From a virus: a DNA stretch of 64,000 nt. The notes under the pieces are model-generated. The model did not search any database, was not told where the DNA came from, and worked only from the letters and a program-made list of their open reading frames with translations. How positions within the stretch are numbered: position 1 is the first letter of the stretch; each line of letters starts with the position of its first letter. The DNA is taken from IMG/VR virus record IMGVR_UViG_3300042255_000018, one strand, 5' to 3'. Both the position numbers and the translations under genes were made by a program. Shown piece after piece: positions 48,801-57,687 of this stretch.

Positions 48801-49420
48801 CCTTTGTAGCCGTCAGACGTGTCTCCAAGCATGGCTTTGCTGATCGAGATGCAGTTCTCTGCAGAGTTGAGCGGGAAGGTATCTTTGTACCAGTCGTCGT
48901 CGGTGTAGCAATCTTCTTTCATGTTGACGAGTGTGTCTTCGTTCACAAGGGCCAGGAGGTCGGCGTCTACGGTGCGGACCTGCTTGATGCCTTTCAGGTT
49001 GCCGCACAGGTAGGCGATCACGTCATCGGCTTCTACGCCATCGACACCAACCTGCATGATGCCCAGGCGCTTGTACAGCTCGACCAGCAGCTTGTGCATA
49101 CGCTCCATCTGCTCGTCTTCAATCTCGCAACGCTCTCGTTCGCCACGCTTCTGCTTGTACTCAGGCAGCAGGTTCTGGCGATACTTGATACCCATGTCGT
49201 GGGCTACGATGATCTGGCGTGGGGCGTACTCGGCCAGTGCTGGCTCCAGATACCGTTCAATGAACTTGGCAAAGGCGAACTCTGCGGTAGGCACAACCTT
49301 GTCACGGACGGCTGAGAAGATGCCTTCCTGGTCGCCACCGGCATGGTAGATGTGTTTGTAACAGGCTTTATGGTCGAGGATCAGCCAGGACTCTGGCTTG
49401 TACAAGGGTTGCTTACGCAT
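45806..49420 (-). CDS. polA: Family A DNA polymerase with 5'-3' and 3'-5' exonuclease domains
   Basis: EADDVI, GDTSDG..GVPGFG (5' exo); DYES, HNAMFE (3' exo); DYSGQELR, KGTNFGLSYG, YDE (pol). Confidence 0.93.
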   Translation of the reverse strand: MRKQPLYKPESWLILDHKACYKHIYHAGGDQEGIFSAVRDKVVPTAEFAFAKFIERYLEPALAEYAPRQIIVAHDMGIKYRQNLLPEYKQKRGERERCEIEDEQMERMHKLLVELYKRLGIMQVGVDGVEADDVIAYLCGNLKGIKQVRTVDADLLALVNEDTLVNMKEDCYTDDDWYKDTFPLNSAENCISISKAMLGDTSDGYKGVPGFGPAKWDELVEAVGYDGVKEIEAAVEARDLEPVKNAAELTGLKSLQLLVNNWDEFRRQWQVAKLHPELCWKPAGKKLPKMLWTRRVADRVKVQELLASANCQDLFSVFEPFLPVAYLLTQKEYDPGFIAAIKNEILKSPFVTFDYESWDDQQFECYRLNDPDYVDVLSQKITGGVLTFGQNLESSVYVSVGHKSEHNLPVDVLLDLVMFAYENKPLVAHNAMFEMTVTKTNAGIELEGLYDTNIMSSYVDENSRSGLKYLSKSILNYDQVSYMDTLAAAGVSNMSELTPEQVFSYGVDDGVVTAYLFDFMHMILQLEGTIDFYEQNELYTANVLMQAFMEGVVMDTELMSRIREDDERVSQEAIEKIRAILSEHCLDGPQLDYSGVEGLIEAEKPIQKKLLRSKYKKQAEAGKNMDTEQAVWIRQQTDAALQRWETKLQAAVPYVPYGRDEIPPVFTPTVKQFERVTNALGMDPLEKVTQAAVSEWLAKHSVDFETEEVMMLTPQQQKFVTLLGASSKLLNKREGEAYEQLCEFCAQFFEPKISEYGDELSLNSPNQMQELLYCKLALPLRLRTKPQVGSSRMSLGLEGSPGTDDKVIKMALANDCEGEHEWKAEVLNLVLEAKAALTRLGLYHKPYPNWVRPTDGRIHPSVRNCGTVTRRPAGGAPNILQVSKGETYRDSGLRMRSLFLPPHPDYVAVPIDYSGQELRIMACQTMDANLLSVYGVSRTEHGTYYHNTDNEKDLHGMTASGIIGVDYETFIEAYNDEGHANHKDYSKVRGKKAKGTNFGLSYGAGAETLSRNLTVPVEEAEQLLSAAHATYPGIGIWQERSADFARAYGFTQTTFGTRRHMTDDIFSKEAGKRSRMERQGANFEIQGTAADMLKKVLTGIWQRGLIQRLRMVFFAPIYDEVVSWVHVDDVWDYCVEMNELMSEATPPGHVVPQVPEFSVGPDWGKVKELGRLPEREVIEQAARAAWEENQQRLHLWERATNRAA

Positions 49421-49453
49421 TGGTCGTTCCCTTTATGGATTGGTCTTTTGGTT

Positions 49454-49906
49454 TCAGTCGCAGCTGGAGCTGCTGGATGAACTTGAACTGCTGGAGGCGC
49501 AGGAACTTGAGGAATGGCTCGAACTGCCCGATACGCTGCTGATTGCCAGGCCACCGTCAGAGAAACCACTGGTTGAAGCATTGTGATTAGTGTCAGTGGC
49601 TACTCTGACCGGCCTGGCGGGTTGCTTGTATCGGGTTACGGTGTGTTTCGCTGAAGCGGGTTTATCTGCTGCGGCTACGGATTTGTAGGCTTCGAGTTCA
49701 GCGGATAGTATTTGCCCTCTGCGGGCAAACTTGTCTGCCTCAGCTCGGAACCGCTTCAGGTCGGAAGTCAGTGTTTCGATCCTGCATCTGGCATCATGCA
49801 GTTTTCGTGTAGCGATAGTCGTTGCCACGCCGAGAACAGCGGTCGATACGAAGAATACAACCGCTGCAGCTGTACCCATGTCGATCCCGGTATTCGGGTA
49901 TGTCAT
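49454..49906 (-). CDS. Membrane-anchored protein with Ser-rich C-terminus
   Basis: N-terminal TM, coiled coil, SSSS...CD tail. Confidence 0.7.
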   Translation of the reverse strand: MTYPNTGIDMGTAAAVVFFVSTAVLGVATTIATRKLHDARCRIETLTSDLKRFRAEADKFARRGQILSAELEAYKSVAAADKPASAKHTVTRYKQPARPVRVATDTNHNASTSGFSDGGLAISSVSGSSSHSSSSCASSSSSSSSSSSCD

Positions 49907-49930
49907 TGGTCTGGTCCTTTGGTCTTTTGG

Positions 49931-50005
49931 TGGTGGCCCCGAGGAGAATCAAACTCCAGTCATCTCGGTTATGAGCCAAGCCGCTTTATCATAAGCTACA
50001 GGGCC
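49931..50005 (-). tRNA. tRNA with CAT anticodon, Ile2-like acceptor stem (atypical)
   Basis: GGCCCTG/CGGGGCC-ACCA acceptor, CTTGG-CTCATAA-CCGAG anticodon arm; atypical D and T loops. Confidence 0.8.
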
Positions 50006-50006
50006 T

Positions 50007-50082
50007 TGGCACCCTCGGCAGGACTCCAACCTGCAACCAACGGAGTAGAAATCCGATGCTCTTGCAATTGAGCTACGAGGGT
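50007..50082 (-). tRNA. tRNA-Arg(TCT)
   Basis: ACCCTCG/CGAGGGT-GCCA acceptor, loop TTTCTAC, A20 Arg identity element. Confidence 0.88.
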
Positions 50083-50157
50083 AGAGTTAAGCGGATCAAC
50101 CTGCCGGTGTCTTAAACGCCCGGCACCAAATTGGATGGGAGTAACAGCAGATTGAAC

Positions 50158-50263
50158 CACTTGGTGTGTTGGGTCGGTCTGTAAGCAGAACGCCTATTCC
50201 GACAACACTGACTAGATGTTAAGTAGAAAAAGTTTAAGTTCTTCCGACCCAACACACCAAGTG
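50158..50263. repeat. Perfect 20-bp inverted repeat with 66-bp spacer
   Basis: CACTTGGTGTGTTGGGTCGG (50158-50177) / CCGACCCAACACACCAAGTG (50244-50263). Confidence 0.9.
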
Positions 50264-50310
50264 ACTCAGAGCCGGGGGCCGAAGCCCCCGGTCTGCTCAA
50301 ACTGCCAGAG

Positions 50311-51150
50311 TTACTTGGACAGTTTGAAGTTCCACGGGTAGAAACCACCACCTGCAGTCTTCACTTTCTTGCCAACAGAGGCTTCGATCTCGAAAGCGTC
50401 GAAGCCGCCGTACAGTTTTGCACCACGAGCCATCACGCCAGAGAAGCGGCCCTGGCCAGACTTCGGAATGGACAGCATCACAGTTTCACCTACAAGCTCC
50501 TGAGCTTGCTCAGAGGTCGGGTCTGCTTCTACGATGGTGGCTACCACGTCAACATACTTCTTGATGACGGGACGGTAGTTTTCTTCGCCGGAATCTGCAG
50601 CCCACTGTGCCAGCATAGCTTCAGCAGATGTGCCATCTGCCTTGGTCATGCCAGTGGCGTCGTAGGTCATGTAGTGCTCAGCATCGTCGTCATCAGTTTC
50701 AGAGATGCGGTAACGAGCACGGGTGCTTTCTGCCTGGAAGACGAAGGACTTGCCGAGGTTGGATTCCTCGTCACCCAGCATCTGGAAGTAGCCTTCACCC
50801 GGCAGGTTGATCACCGGGAAAGAGAACGCATCCAGCTCCAGGCCTTCAAAGCCGTTTTCAGCGGCGACCTTGGTGAAGTTGGAGCCACCCAGCATCGGCG
50901 CCGCTGCGGGGCGGGCTGTCGCCACTGCGGTGTTTTCCTGAACGGCCGGGGCTTTCACTTCATTTTCGCGGTGCTCGGCTTCCATAACATCTGCATGTTC
51001 TTCAGCCGGGCTCTGAGAGCCGTAGTCCACTTCCTCAGCGATGGCGTCAACGCCCGCTGCGGATACTTCCTGAACGGCTTCCTGTGCAACTTCCTGAGTG
51101 GCTACAGTTTCAACTTCATTTGCGGTTACGGTCGGTTTTGCAAGTGCCAT
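50311..51150 (-). CDS. Putative ssDNA-binding/annealing protein
   Basis: Acidic N-terminus, FYPWNF end, position in replication module; start at ATG 51150 after AAGGTG RBS. Confidence 0.55.
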   Translation of the reverse strand: MALAKPTVTANEVETVATQEVAQEAVQEVSAAGVDAIAEEVDYGSQSPAEEHADVMEAEHRENEVKAPAVQENTAVATARPAAAPMLGGSNFTKVAAENGFEGLELDAFSFPVINLPGEGYFQMLGDEESNLGKSFVFQAESTRARYRISETDDDDAEHYMTYDATGMTKADGTSAEAMLAQWAADSGEENYRPVIKKYVDVVATIVEADPTSEQAQELVGETVMLSIPKSGQGRFSGVMARGAKLYGGFDAFEIEASVGKKVKTAGGGFYPWNFKLSK

Positions 51151-51295
51151 GATATTCACCTTTGGTCTTTGGTTAGGGACTTTCAATTTCATTTTCATCG
51201 TCTTGCCTACCGTCAAATGCGATAGGTACAAGTATTTAAATGCAGAATGTACATTGTGTCAATATGTACAAGTGCATATTTTGCACATTACGCTG

Positions 51296-52864
51296 CTACT
51301 CGCCCATAAGTTCGTGAAGCAGCTTACGTTTATCACGCATCACCTCGTTGTTTACGAGGTCTTTCTTCAGGAGGGTACGGACGTGCCCCCCGGAAATCGT
51401 CTTCATCACCCGGAAGAAATAGGCGATGACCTGGTGTTTCTGTCCTGACCTGTCTGCTCTGGCAATGGCCTGATAGGCATCTTTGGGCACCGTGGGCACC
51501 TCTGCAAACAGGATGTAGTGAGCGGCGCTCTGCAGGTTCAGGCCGGCCCCACCAGACTGCCAGTTGACCACGATCACCCTGCAACTGTCGTCATCCAGAA
51601 ATTTCTTCCTGTTGGCGTCCTTGTCTGCAGATGCGCCGTTGATCACAGCAGGGTTGAACTGCTCGTAGTGCTTGGCCAGTGCAGCTACCGTCGCCTTGTA
51701 GTAAGCAAAGATGATGACCTTCTTCTTGCTCAGGTCGATACCTTCGATCACTGTATCCATGCTCTGACGTAGAGCATTTGCAGGTGCCTTCTCAGTGTAC
51801 ATCTCTGGCACGGACACCAACTGCTTGGCCAACTGCCGCATCTTGGAGTCGTTGATCGCATCAATCAGACCCTCCGGCAGGTCGAGCATCCTCTGCTTGA
51901 TCACCTGGTCGTAGAGCTTCTTGTGAGCCCGCTCAAGGTTCACTTTCACCTCAATGATCTGAGGCTCCGGCACCGTCCTGAACACCTCACTGGAGACCCT
52001 GACGGCATTCTGATACAGGTTGGTGTGCAACAGGTCGAGGTTCTTAAATCCAAGGACGTGACGGAATTTGCTGTCGTTGTCGAGGATGACGTGCTGCCGG
52101 TCGAATGCTCGTTTTGAGTGATAGGCTTCGGGAGTCTTCAGTCTGATCAAGCCAAACGTGTCTTCCGGCGTATTACCGGAGGGAGTGCCGGTGGCCAGAT
52201 ACAGGATGTACTCACCAGTCGTGTCGGTAACGTACTCCCAGAACCGCTGATGAATCTGACTGCCTGGGTTCTTCAGGGCGTGAGCCTCGTCAGCGATCAG
52301 GACGTTGTAGCCGGCCCGCTTGAGCCTGTCCCAGTTTGGGTTTGGAATCTTCACCTTCTTGGGCCTGGGCCGTCCTTCTACCTTTTCCAGCTTGGTGAAA
52401 GTACGGCGCTGGTCAGCGTACTTCCTGAACATGTCGTATGACATCAGCAGGATGTCAGGCCAGCCCTCTTCGTCCCACTGGGCAATCAGCTGCTCCCGCT
52501 TTTTGACAGGCTCATCGAGCAGGTGGATTTTGAGGTGGTCGTGAATCCCAACGAAGAAATCCGCAAACGTCTCTGCGAACTGGCCACACAGCGTGGGCGG
52601 CATCACCACACACACTTTGTTGCCATAGAACGCATAGGTCACCGCAGCGAACTGCATGGGAAAGGTCTTCCCGGTGCCGGGGTCAGAAAAGTCAGCGAAC
52701 CGTTCGTATCGGAACATCTGCTGCATCGTCTGAAACTGCCAAGGGAACGGTTGGTACGGCAGTTTGACCTGCTTGGCCCACTGCGGGGCGTCGGTGATAC
52801 CGACGCCGCACATCAGGTCATAGAGAGCAGTCTGGTCGGCCTGCACCGCTGGTTCAGTCATCAT
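51296..52864 (-). CDS. SNF2-family helicase
   Basis: DPGTGKT, DEAH, TGTP, GAGLNLQ, QAIARADRSGQ. Confidence 0.92.
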   Translation of the reverse strand: MMTEPAVQADQTALYDLMCGVGITDAPQWAKQVKLPYQPFPWQFQTMQQMFRYERFADFSDPGTGKTFPMQFAAVTYAFYGNKVCVVMPPTLCGQFAETFADFFVGIHDHLKIHLLDEPVKKREQLIAQWDEEGWPDILLMSYDMFRKYADQRRTFTKLEKVEGRPRPKKVKIPNPNWDRLKRAGYNVLIADEAHALKNPGSQIHQRFWEYVTDTTGEYILYLATGTPSGNTPEDTFGLIRLKTPEAYHSKRAFDRQHVILDNDSKFRHVLGFKNLDLLHTNLYQNAVRVSSEVFRTVPEPQIIEVKVNLERAHKKLYDQVIKQRMLDLPEGLIDAINDSKMRQLAKQLVSVPEMYTEKAPANALRQSMDTVIEGIDLSKKKVIIFAYYKATVAALAKHYEQFNPAVINGASADKDANRKKFLDDDSCRVIVVNWQSGGAGLNLQSAAHYILFAEVPTVPKDAYQAIARADRSGQKHQVIAYFFRVMKTISGGHVRTLLKKDLVNNEVMRDKRKLLHELMGE

Positions 52865-53155
52865 ATTTTTGCGCGAGAAACCCGGTACTTCTAGTGCCGG
52901 GAGGGATAGCTCGGCGTCCTACGGACGCCCCTGTTCTCGCTCCTCCTGGTTGTGCTATCCTATGGTTGTCTTTTGACCTACCGACGGGCTGTCGGGATGT
53001 TAAGCCTGCGGAGAGAGCGTGAGACCTGGGGGGTATGGAGTTGGTTCGACACCGTAAAATCCCCTTAGGGGTTTTACGGCGATAACCAAGCTACTTCCCT
53101 TGGGCAGCTCTCTATGAAACAGGAATCTCCTTCGTTCACGGAGGGGATCAGTCAA
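52865..53155 (+). mobile_element. Non-autonomous IS200/IS605 derivative (LE + tnpB remnant + omegaRNA/RE)
   Basis: Follows TCAT; GAAA plus LE hairpin 52877-52901; tnpB last-codon remnant 52980-53003; GAAT plus RE hairpin ending TCAA at 53155. Confidence 0.85.
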
Positions 53156-53175
53156 CGTAGCCCTCCTCATCATCT
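52980..53175 (+). ncRNA. Putative orphan omegaRNA (scaffold plus flank-derived guide)
   Basis: Shares GTTAAGCCTG(C/T)GGAG, CTATGAA(A/G)CAGGAA and the RE hairpin with the tnpB element at 63.55-63.67 kb. Confidence 0.65.
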
Positions 53176-55967
53176 TCCTTGAAGTTGTTGATCTGGATGC
53201 CCTTTGTGCGCATTCCCAGCAGGTCCATTCGGGTCACAGAAGTGCCTTCCCGAGTCGGGTGTGGCCCGTCGCCAAGGTGGTAGTTCTCTCCGCGCAGCAG
53301 TGTTCGTAGCTGCCCGGCGTTGGCCACCACTGGTCGGTCTCCAATACTGCGGGAGAACTTGGCATACATCGGGAACGCCAGCTGGGTGTCTACCATCAGT
53401 TCGTTGCCACGTCGGAAGTAGTGCAGGCCAGGTATCAGGCGCTCTGCTACGCTCGCCGGCTGCGCAGCCATGGTAGACATGGCTTCGATAACGATATCGG
53501 ACTCTGAACGGGACTTCTCCTTGCTGATGTTGTCCTGCTCTTCGCAGAGCCATTCCAACAGACCGTCAATCAGTTCCTGAATCTCATCGTGTACACCCAG
53601 CTCCAGCGTATCAGTGACCGTCTGCAGCCACTCCAGACCGGTCAGGACCACCGTGTAGGAGTAGTGTGCCCGGGTACCTACTGCAGTAGGTACCCGAGGA
53701 GCGTACTTGGCCATAATGGTGTGCACCGGTCGCTGCGTGGTTCTCAGTGCGGTTGCCACCATCTCCTTGCCCAGATCAGCCAGCCTGTGCCGCATCTCAA
53801 ACGCATACATGAAGTTGCTTTCGCGCCCCGGCACCTCTCGCTGCCGCTGTGACATTCCGACCATCACGGTACGCTGCCGAAGGGCAGGGCGCTCTGGTGG
53901 TTGCTCAGACAGGTACAGGATGGGGCCGGTCAGCTTGACCTTGCTCACCGCTGCCCCGCGATCAGGACGGGAGGACAGGGTGCCCTTCGACTCTTCCAAG
54001 CCAGCCCAGGCGGCTTTCGCCACGCCTACGAACTTGTCATACACCCGGCGCGGCACCAGTGAGGGGTTCACCTCGTCGATGATGCGCACCACAGTGGTGG
54101 AACTGGCCACCATTGCAGTGATCGCATACGGCGTGGTGGTCTCCAAGTCCAGCGGGCTGTCCCGCATTTCGTAGTCACAGCCGTGTAGGTAACCCATCAG
54201 GTGTGCTGTTTTGGATTTACCGGAGCCGGCGTTGCCGTAAAGGTTCAGCAGAGGGAACTGGTTCAGTTTGGTGATGATCTGCTGCTTCAGGAAACAGGCC
54301 ACTGTCCAGCCCAGACACTGTGCCACTACATGAGGGTCGTTGATCTTGCACAACGCTCTCAGTGTGTCGGCCATCTCCTGGTCCTGGTTCTCTACTCCGC
54401 TTGCAGCGAACAGGGTTGGTGGGGCCTGGATGTTGTCCACCACCAGCTTGTGGGTGCCTATCTCTGACGAGCTGGTCAGGGAGAATGAAGGCTCCACATA
54501 CACCATGCTCTTGCTCGCCCCGATCCGATACCAGTGGAATCCACTGGCTTTGACTTCGTGAATTTCGCCTATCATGTCGATGTCTCTGAAAATGCTGTGA
54601 CGAAGGCGCTGTATCTCAGCGTCGTTTGCGTACACTGCGCAGTTGCCAATACCATTCATGGCTCTGATCAGGCTGGACCTGCTGTTCCACGCATCATCTG
54701 GAATCATGTGGGTGTGACTGCAGGAATGTCCCTCTCGGTTGAGCCAGAGCACCTTGGCAGATACCCCGGTGCGGAGCTTGCCGCTTTCCTCGGTCTCTGC
54801 TGTGTAGAAGGTGGTAGGTTCGATAGTGAAGGTGGTCAGCTGCTTCTCGCCGGCTTTGAACATCGCAAAATAGCCGGTTGGCCTGGCTTCAATGAAGTCC
54901 AACTCGCCCATCTCGACTGATTCGCCGTCCTGGGTTTTGCAGATGAGGCAGTCGCCACAGGGTCGGATTACCTTGAACAGGGCTCGGCGGCTGAAGACGA
55001 AGTTCTGATCCTTAAACGCTCGAAAGATGGCCCCTTTGATGTGGCGCAACCGGTCAGCCTCGCTCCGGTAACTGCCGGAGGTCACGTTCTTGGCCATCGT
55101 TCTGGCCAGGGCCATCCAGCCGTCCCGGTCGTCAATCGTGTATTTAACTTTGACGAACGCAGCCAGCTGCATCGCTGCCTGGTTGAAGTTCGAGCCGTCC
55201 TTATCGCCCTTGGTGATCAGTTTCTGTATGCAGCCGTCCTCTGCAGAGAATTCAGTCAGCAGTTCTTCATCTATCTGCTCATGGCCTTGGAACTCCATGA
55301 TCTGCTGGTGGACGGCTTTCTGCGCTTGGTCGAACAGATTCGTCAGGCCGAGAGATGGCATCCCGGAATACTTGTACTCAAGCTCGCGGGACTCACTGCA
55401 CAGCTTTTCGTACTTCTGTGGGTTGAGCTGTTCCAGCTCGGCAAAGGTCAACGGGACCTTGTACTGCCCGTTCTCTCGCTGGACGTTGGGGGTACGCCAC
55501 ATCCGGCCACGACCGCCGCTGTAAACCACCATGTCGAGGTTTTCAACGAAGAGTGACTGTGCCATTTCCCGGTAAATCCAGGGCAGGGCGACAAAGCACT
55601 TGGTCTTGCCTTGGCCAAACACCTGCTGGTCGATCAGGATGTGGAAACCCTTTTTGCCTGTGGCCCAAATCTGCAGGTCTTGCGGCTGTACACCTTCTGC
55701 CATCAGGTGGGAGCACAGCTCAATAGCGGACTGGATAGAGGCGTTGATGTCCTGCGAGTCGATGTCGAAGTAAAGTGGCCCCCGGTACCGCAGCGATTTC
55801 GTGTCGAAGTCCTCGTCGTTCTCCGCATATTCGATCATCTGGCCAACCGCCAATATGGTCGTCATCGGCGCAGCTTCGATCATGTGAGCCCACTTGTTAT
55901 CGTCGGGGCAGGCCCGCCAAGCGGTCTTCTTCTCTGTGGTGGTTTGTATGTATTTGTACACGGTCAA
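53148..55967 (-). CDS. Primase(AEP/PrimPol-like)-helicase fusion
   Basis: PLYFDID, TGKKGFHI (AEP); GNAGSGKS, IIDE (ATPase). Confidence 0.85.
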   Translation of the reverse strand: MTVYKYIQTTTEKKTAWRACPDDNKWAHMIEAAPMTTILAVGQMIEYAENDEDFDTKSLRYRGPLYFDIDSQDINASIQSAIELCSHLMAEGVQPQDLQIWATGKKGFHILIDQQVFGQGKTKCFVALPWIYREMAQSLFVENLDMVVYSGGRGRMWRTPNVQRENGQYKVPLTFAELEQLNPQKYEKLCSESRELEYKYSGMPSLGLTNLFDQAQKAVHQQIMEFQGHEQIDEELLTEFSAEDGCIQKLITKGDKDGSNFNQAAMQLAAFVKVKYTIDDRDGWMALARTMAKNVTSGSYRSEADRLRHIKGAIFRAFKDQNFVFSRRALFKVIRPCGDCLICKTQDGESVEMGELDFIEARPTGYFAMFKAGEKQLTTFTIEPTTFYTAETEESGKLRTGVSAKVLWLNREGHSCSHTHMIPDDAWNSRSSLIRAMNGIGNCAVYANDAEIQRLRHSIFRDIDMIGEIHEVKASGFHWYRIGASKSMVYVEPSFSLTSSSEIGTHKLVVDNIQAPPTLFAASGVENQDQEMADTLRALCKINDPHVVAQCLGWTVACFLKQQIITKLNQFPLLNLYGNAGSGKSKTAHLMGYLHGCDYEMRDSPLDLETTTPYAITAMVASSTTVVRIIDEVNPSLVPRRVYDKFVGVAKAAWAGLEESKGTLSSRPDRGAAVSKVKLTGPILYLSEQPPERPALRQRTVMVGMSQRQREVPGRESNFMYAFEMRHRLADLGKEMVATALRTTQRPVHTIMAKYAPRVPTAVGTRAHYSYTVVLTGLEWLQTVTDTLELGVHDEIQELIDGLLEWLCEEQDNISKEKSRSESDIVIEAMSTMAAQPASVAERLIPGLHYFRRGNELMVDTQLAFPMYAKFSRSIGDRPVVANAGQLRTLLRGENYHLGDGPHPTREGTSVTRMDLLGMRTKGIQINNFKEDDEEGYVD

Positions 55968-56227
55968 ACCTCCATCTGAGTTGCGGTGAGTTTCTTAACG
56001 AATAACCTGCGGTCTACCAACGAGGTCTGAAAATCAACTTGGGGTTTAAGGCCCCGACGCTGCAGGTAGTGGATGGTACCCACCTGCCGGGATCGGCCTG
56101 CGTTCACTGTATCTGCGGTAAGAACTTCCACTACTGTGCCTGGATCGACACTTGAATACCGCTCAGCAAAGGCTTCGTAGTCAAACCTGGGCTGAGTGAA
56201 GACAGGGTTACTCATAACAATACTCAC
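55964..56227 (-). CDS. Hypothetical protein
   Basis: Coupled to the primase gene (TTGA overlap with its TTG start). Confidence 0.6.
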   Translation of the reverse strand: MSIVMSNPVFTQPRFDYEAFAERYSSVDPGTVVEVLTADTVNAGRSRQVGTIHYLQRRGLKPQVDFQTSLVDRRLFVKKLTATQMEV

Positions 56228-56260
56228 TATTGCCCCGCACCCTTGGATGCGGGGTGCAGG

Positions 56261-57586
56261 TTACACAGCGATAAATTTCTTGCGGTTTACATACAGTTCG
56301 TTGGCCGGTCGAGTGGCGCCAACGTAGAGGAGCTTCAGCTGCTCCTGAAGAATCTTCTGTTTCTGGATGTCGATCACATCAAGGAACACCGTGCCAAAGG
56401 TAGAACCCTGTGACCGGTGAACCGTGATGGCGTAGCAGTGTTTAACCTGGTGGACAGATTCTTTCACCTCCCAGTACATCCCCCAGTCGCCAGTCTTTTT
56501 GGCGTAGGCAGCGATCTCTCTCAGGTGTCCGTAGAACTCGTCCTGGTACTGGCGGTGGAGTACGTGGACCACGATGTCCCTGGCAGTGGAGTGAAGTGGC
56601 TCTATCACCAGCGTGTGAACCGGAAACAGTACCGAGCTGTTGAACGCGCTCGGCACCACGTCCTGCTCGACGCGCTTTACGAGGCATTCTTCATCTGTCG
56701 GGAGCATGATGTTGCCGTCGTCATCTTTGACCACATCAGTGGTTACCACCCGGTCCCCGACGATGAACTGAGCCACCTTTTTGCCGTGCCAGTGTTGCCT
56801 GAAGGCGTGGTTCAGTTCGTCCACACGGCGGTTGGTCCATGCCAACATGCGGCACTTGTCGGTGTCTTCCGGGTCAATGCGATCCAGGGCCAGCTTCACA
56901 AACGCAGGTCCGAGCGCGGCTTCCACACCTGAACCATCGCTGCCTCTCGACTCCTCGATGGCGGGGAGTCGCTTGCGGTTGTCTATGCAGGTTCGTAGCT
57001 GGTTGGCCAGGGTTAGAATGGGACCGGAGTAGCGCTCAACCTTTGTGAGGGTGTAGGAATCGCCCATATCGAACGCTTCGCAACGCTGCTCCATAACCGG
57101 TGGCAACTGGTACGGGTCGCCCATGAACAGGATTTTTGTTGGGGTACCCACCACGGCGTCTTCGAGAATGTCCAGCGCCCGGCTCGGGCACATGGAGGCT
57201 TCATCGACTACCACAATGTCGTAGTTGCCGATCTTCGCCTTGCCGGCCCGAACAATGGATTTGCGCTCCCCGTTGGGCAGCACGGCCAGGCCCAGGGCAG
57301 AGTGCAGGGTGGAGCAGTCGTACATCACGCCGTAGGCAGATGCCATCTTGGCCAGCACACGCACTGCTTTGTTCGTTGGAGCGCAGAGTAGAATCTTGCA
57401 GCTTTTCTCGCGGTAGGGCTCTAAAACGTGAAAAACCGAAGTGGACTTGCCGGTACCGCCGCCGCCTTGCAGCGAGAAGTAACGATTACTGCCTCGGGCT
57501 GGTAAACCCTCGACAACCTTAGTGCTGAGAAACGTATCAATCTTCTGGGTAGCCTCAAGCTGCCCATCATTGAGTTTGATGGTCAT
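56261..57586 (-). CDS. Dda/RecD-like SF1B helicase
   Basis: GGGGTGKS, APTNKA, DEASM, GDPYQLPPV, TVHRSQGSTF, YVGATR. Confidence 0.92.
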   Translation of the reverse strand: MTIKLNDGQLEATQKIDTFLSTKVVEGLPARGSNRYFSLQGGGGTGKSTSVFHVLEPYREKSCKILLCAPTNKAVRVLAKMASAYGVMYDCSTLHSALGLAVLPNGERKSIVRAGKAKIGNYDIVVVDEASMCPSRALDILEDAVVGTPTKILFMGDPYQLPPVMEQRCEAFDMGDSYTLTKVERYSGPILTLANQLRTCIDNRKRLPAIEESRGSDGSGVEAALGPAFVKLALDRIDPEDTDKCRMLAWTNRRVDELNHAFRQHWHGKKVAQFIVGDRVVTTDVVKDDDGNIMLPTDEECLVKRVEQDVVPSAFNSSVLFPVHTLVIEPLHSTARDIVVHVLHRQYQDEFYGHLREIAAYAKKTGDWGMYWEVKESVHQVKHCYAITVHRSQGSTFGTVFLDVIDIQKQKILQEQLKLLYVGATRPANELYVNRKKFIAV

Positions 57587-57687
57587 GGTCGTTCCTTTTT
57601 GGTCTGGTCTTTTGGTTGTACAAATGTACAAAGGTACATTAAAGCGTCAGCACGTCAGTAAGTCAACGCAATAATGTTTCGGAGGTG

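Noticed and set aside
50132..50160. Possible third tRNA 3' end (GGTTCAATC...CCCATCCA on the minus strand)
   Set aside because: No T-stem or acceptor stem could be built.
50158..50263. Retron msr/msd a1/a2 repeats
   Set aside because: No reverse transcriptase is in the window.
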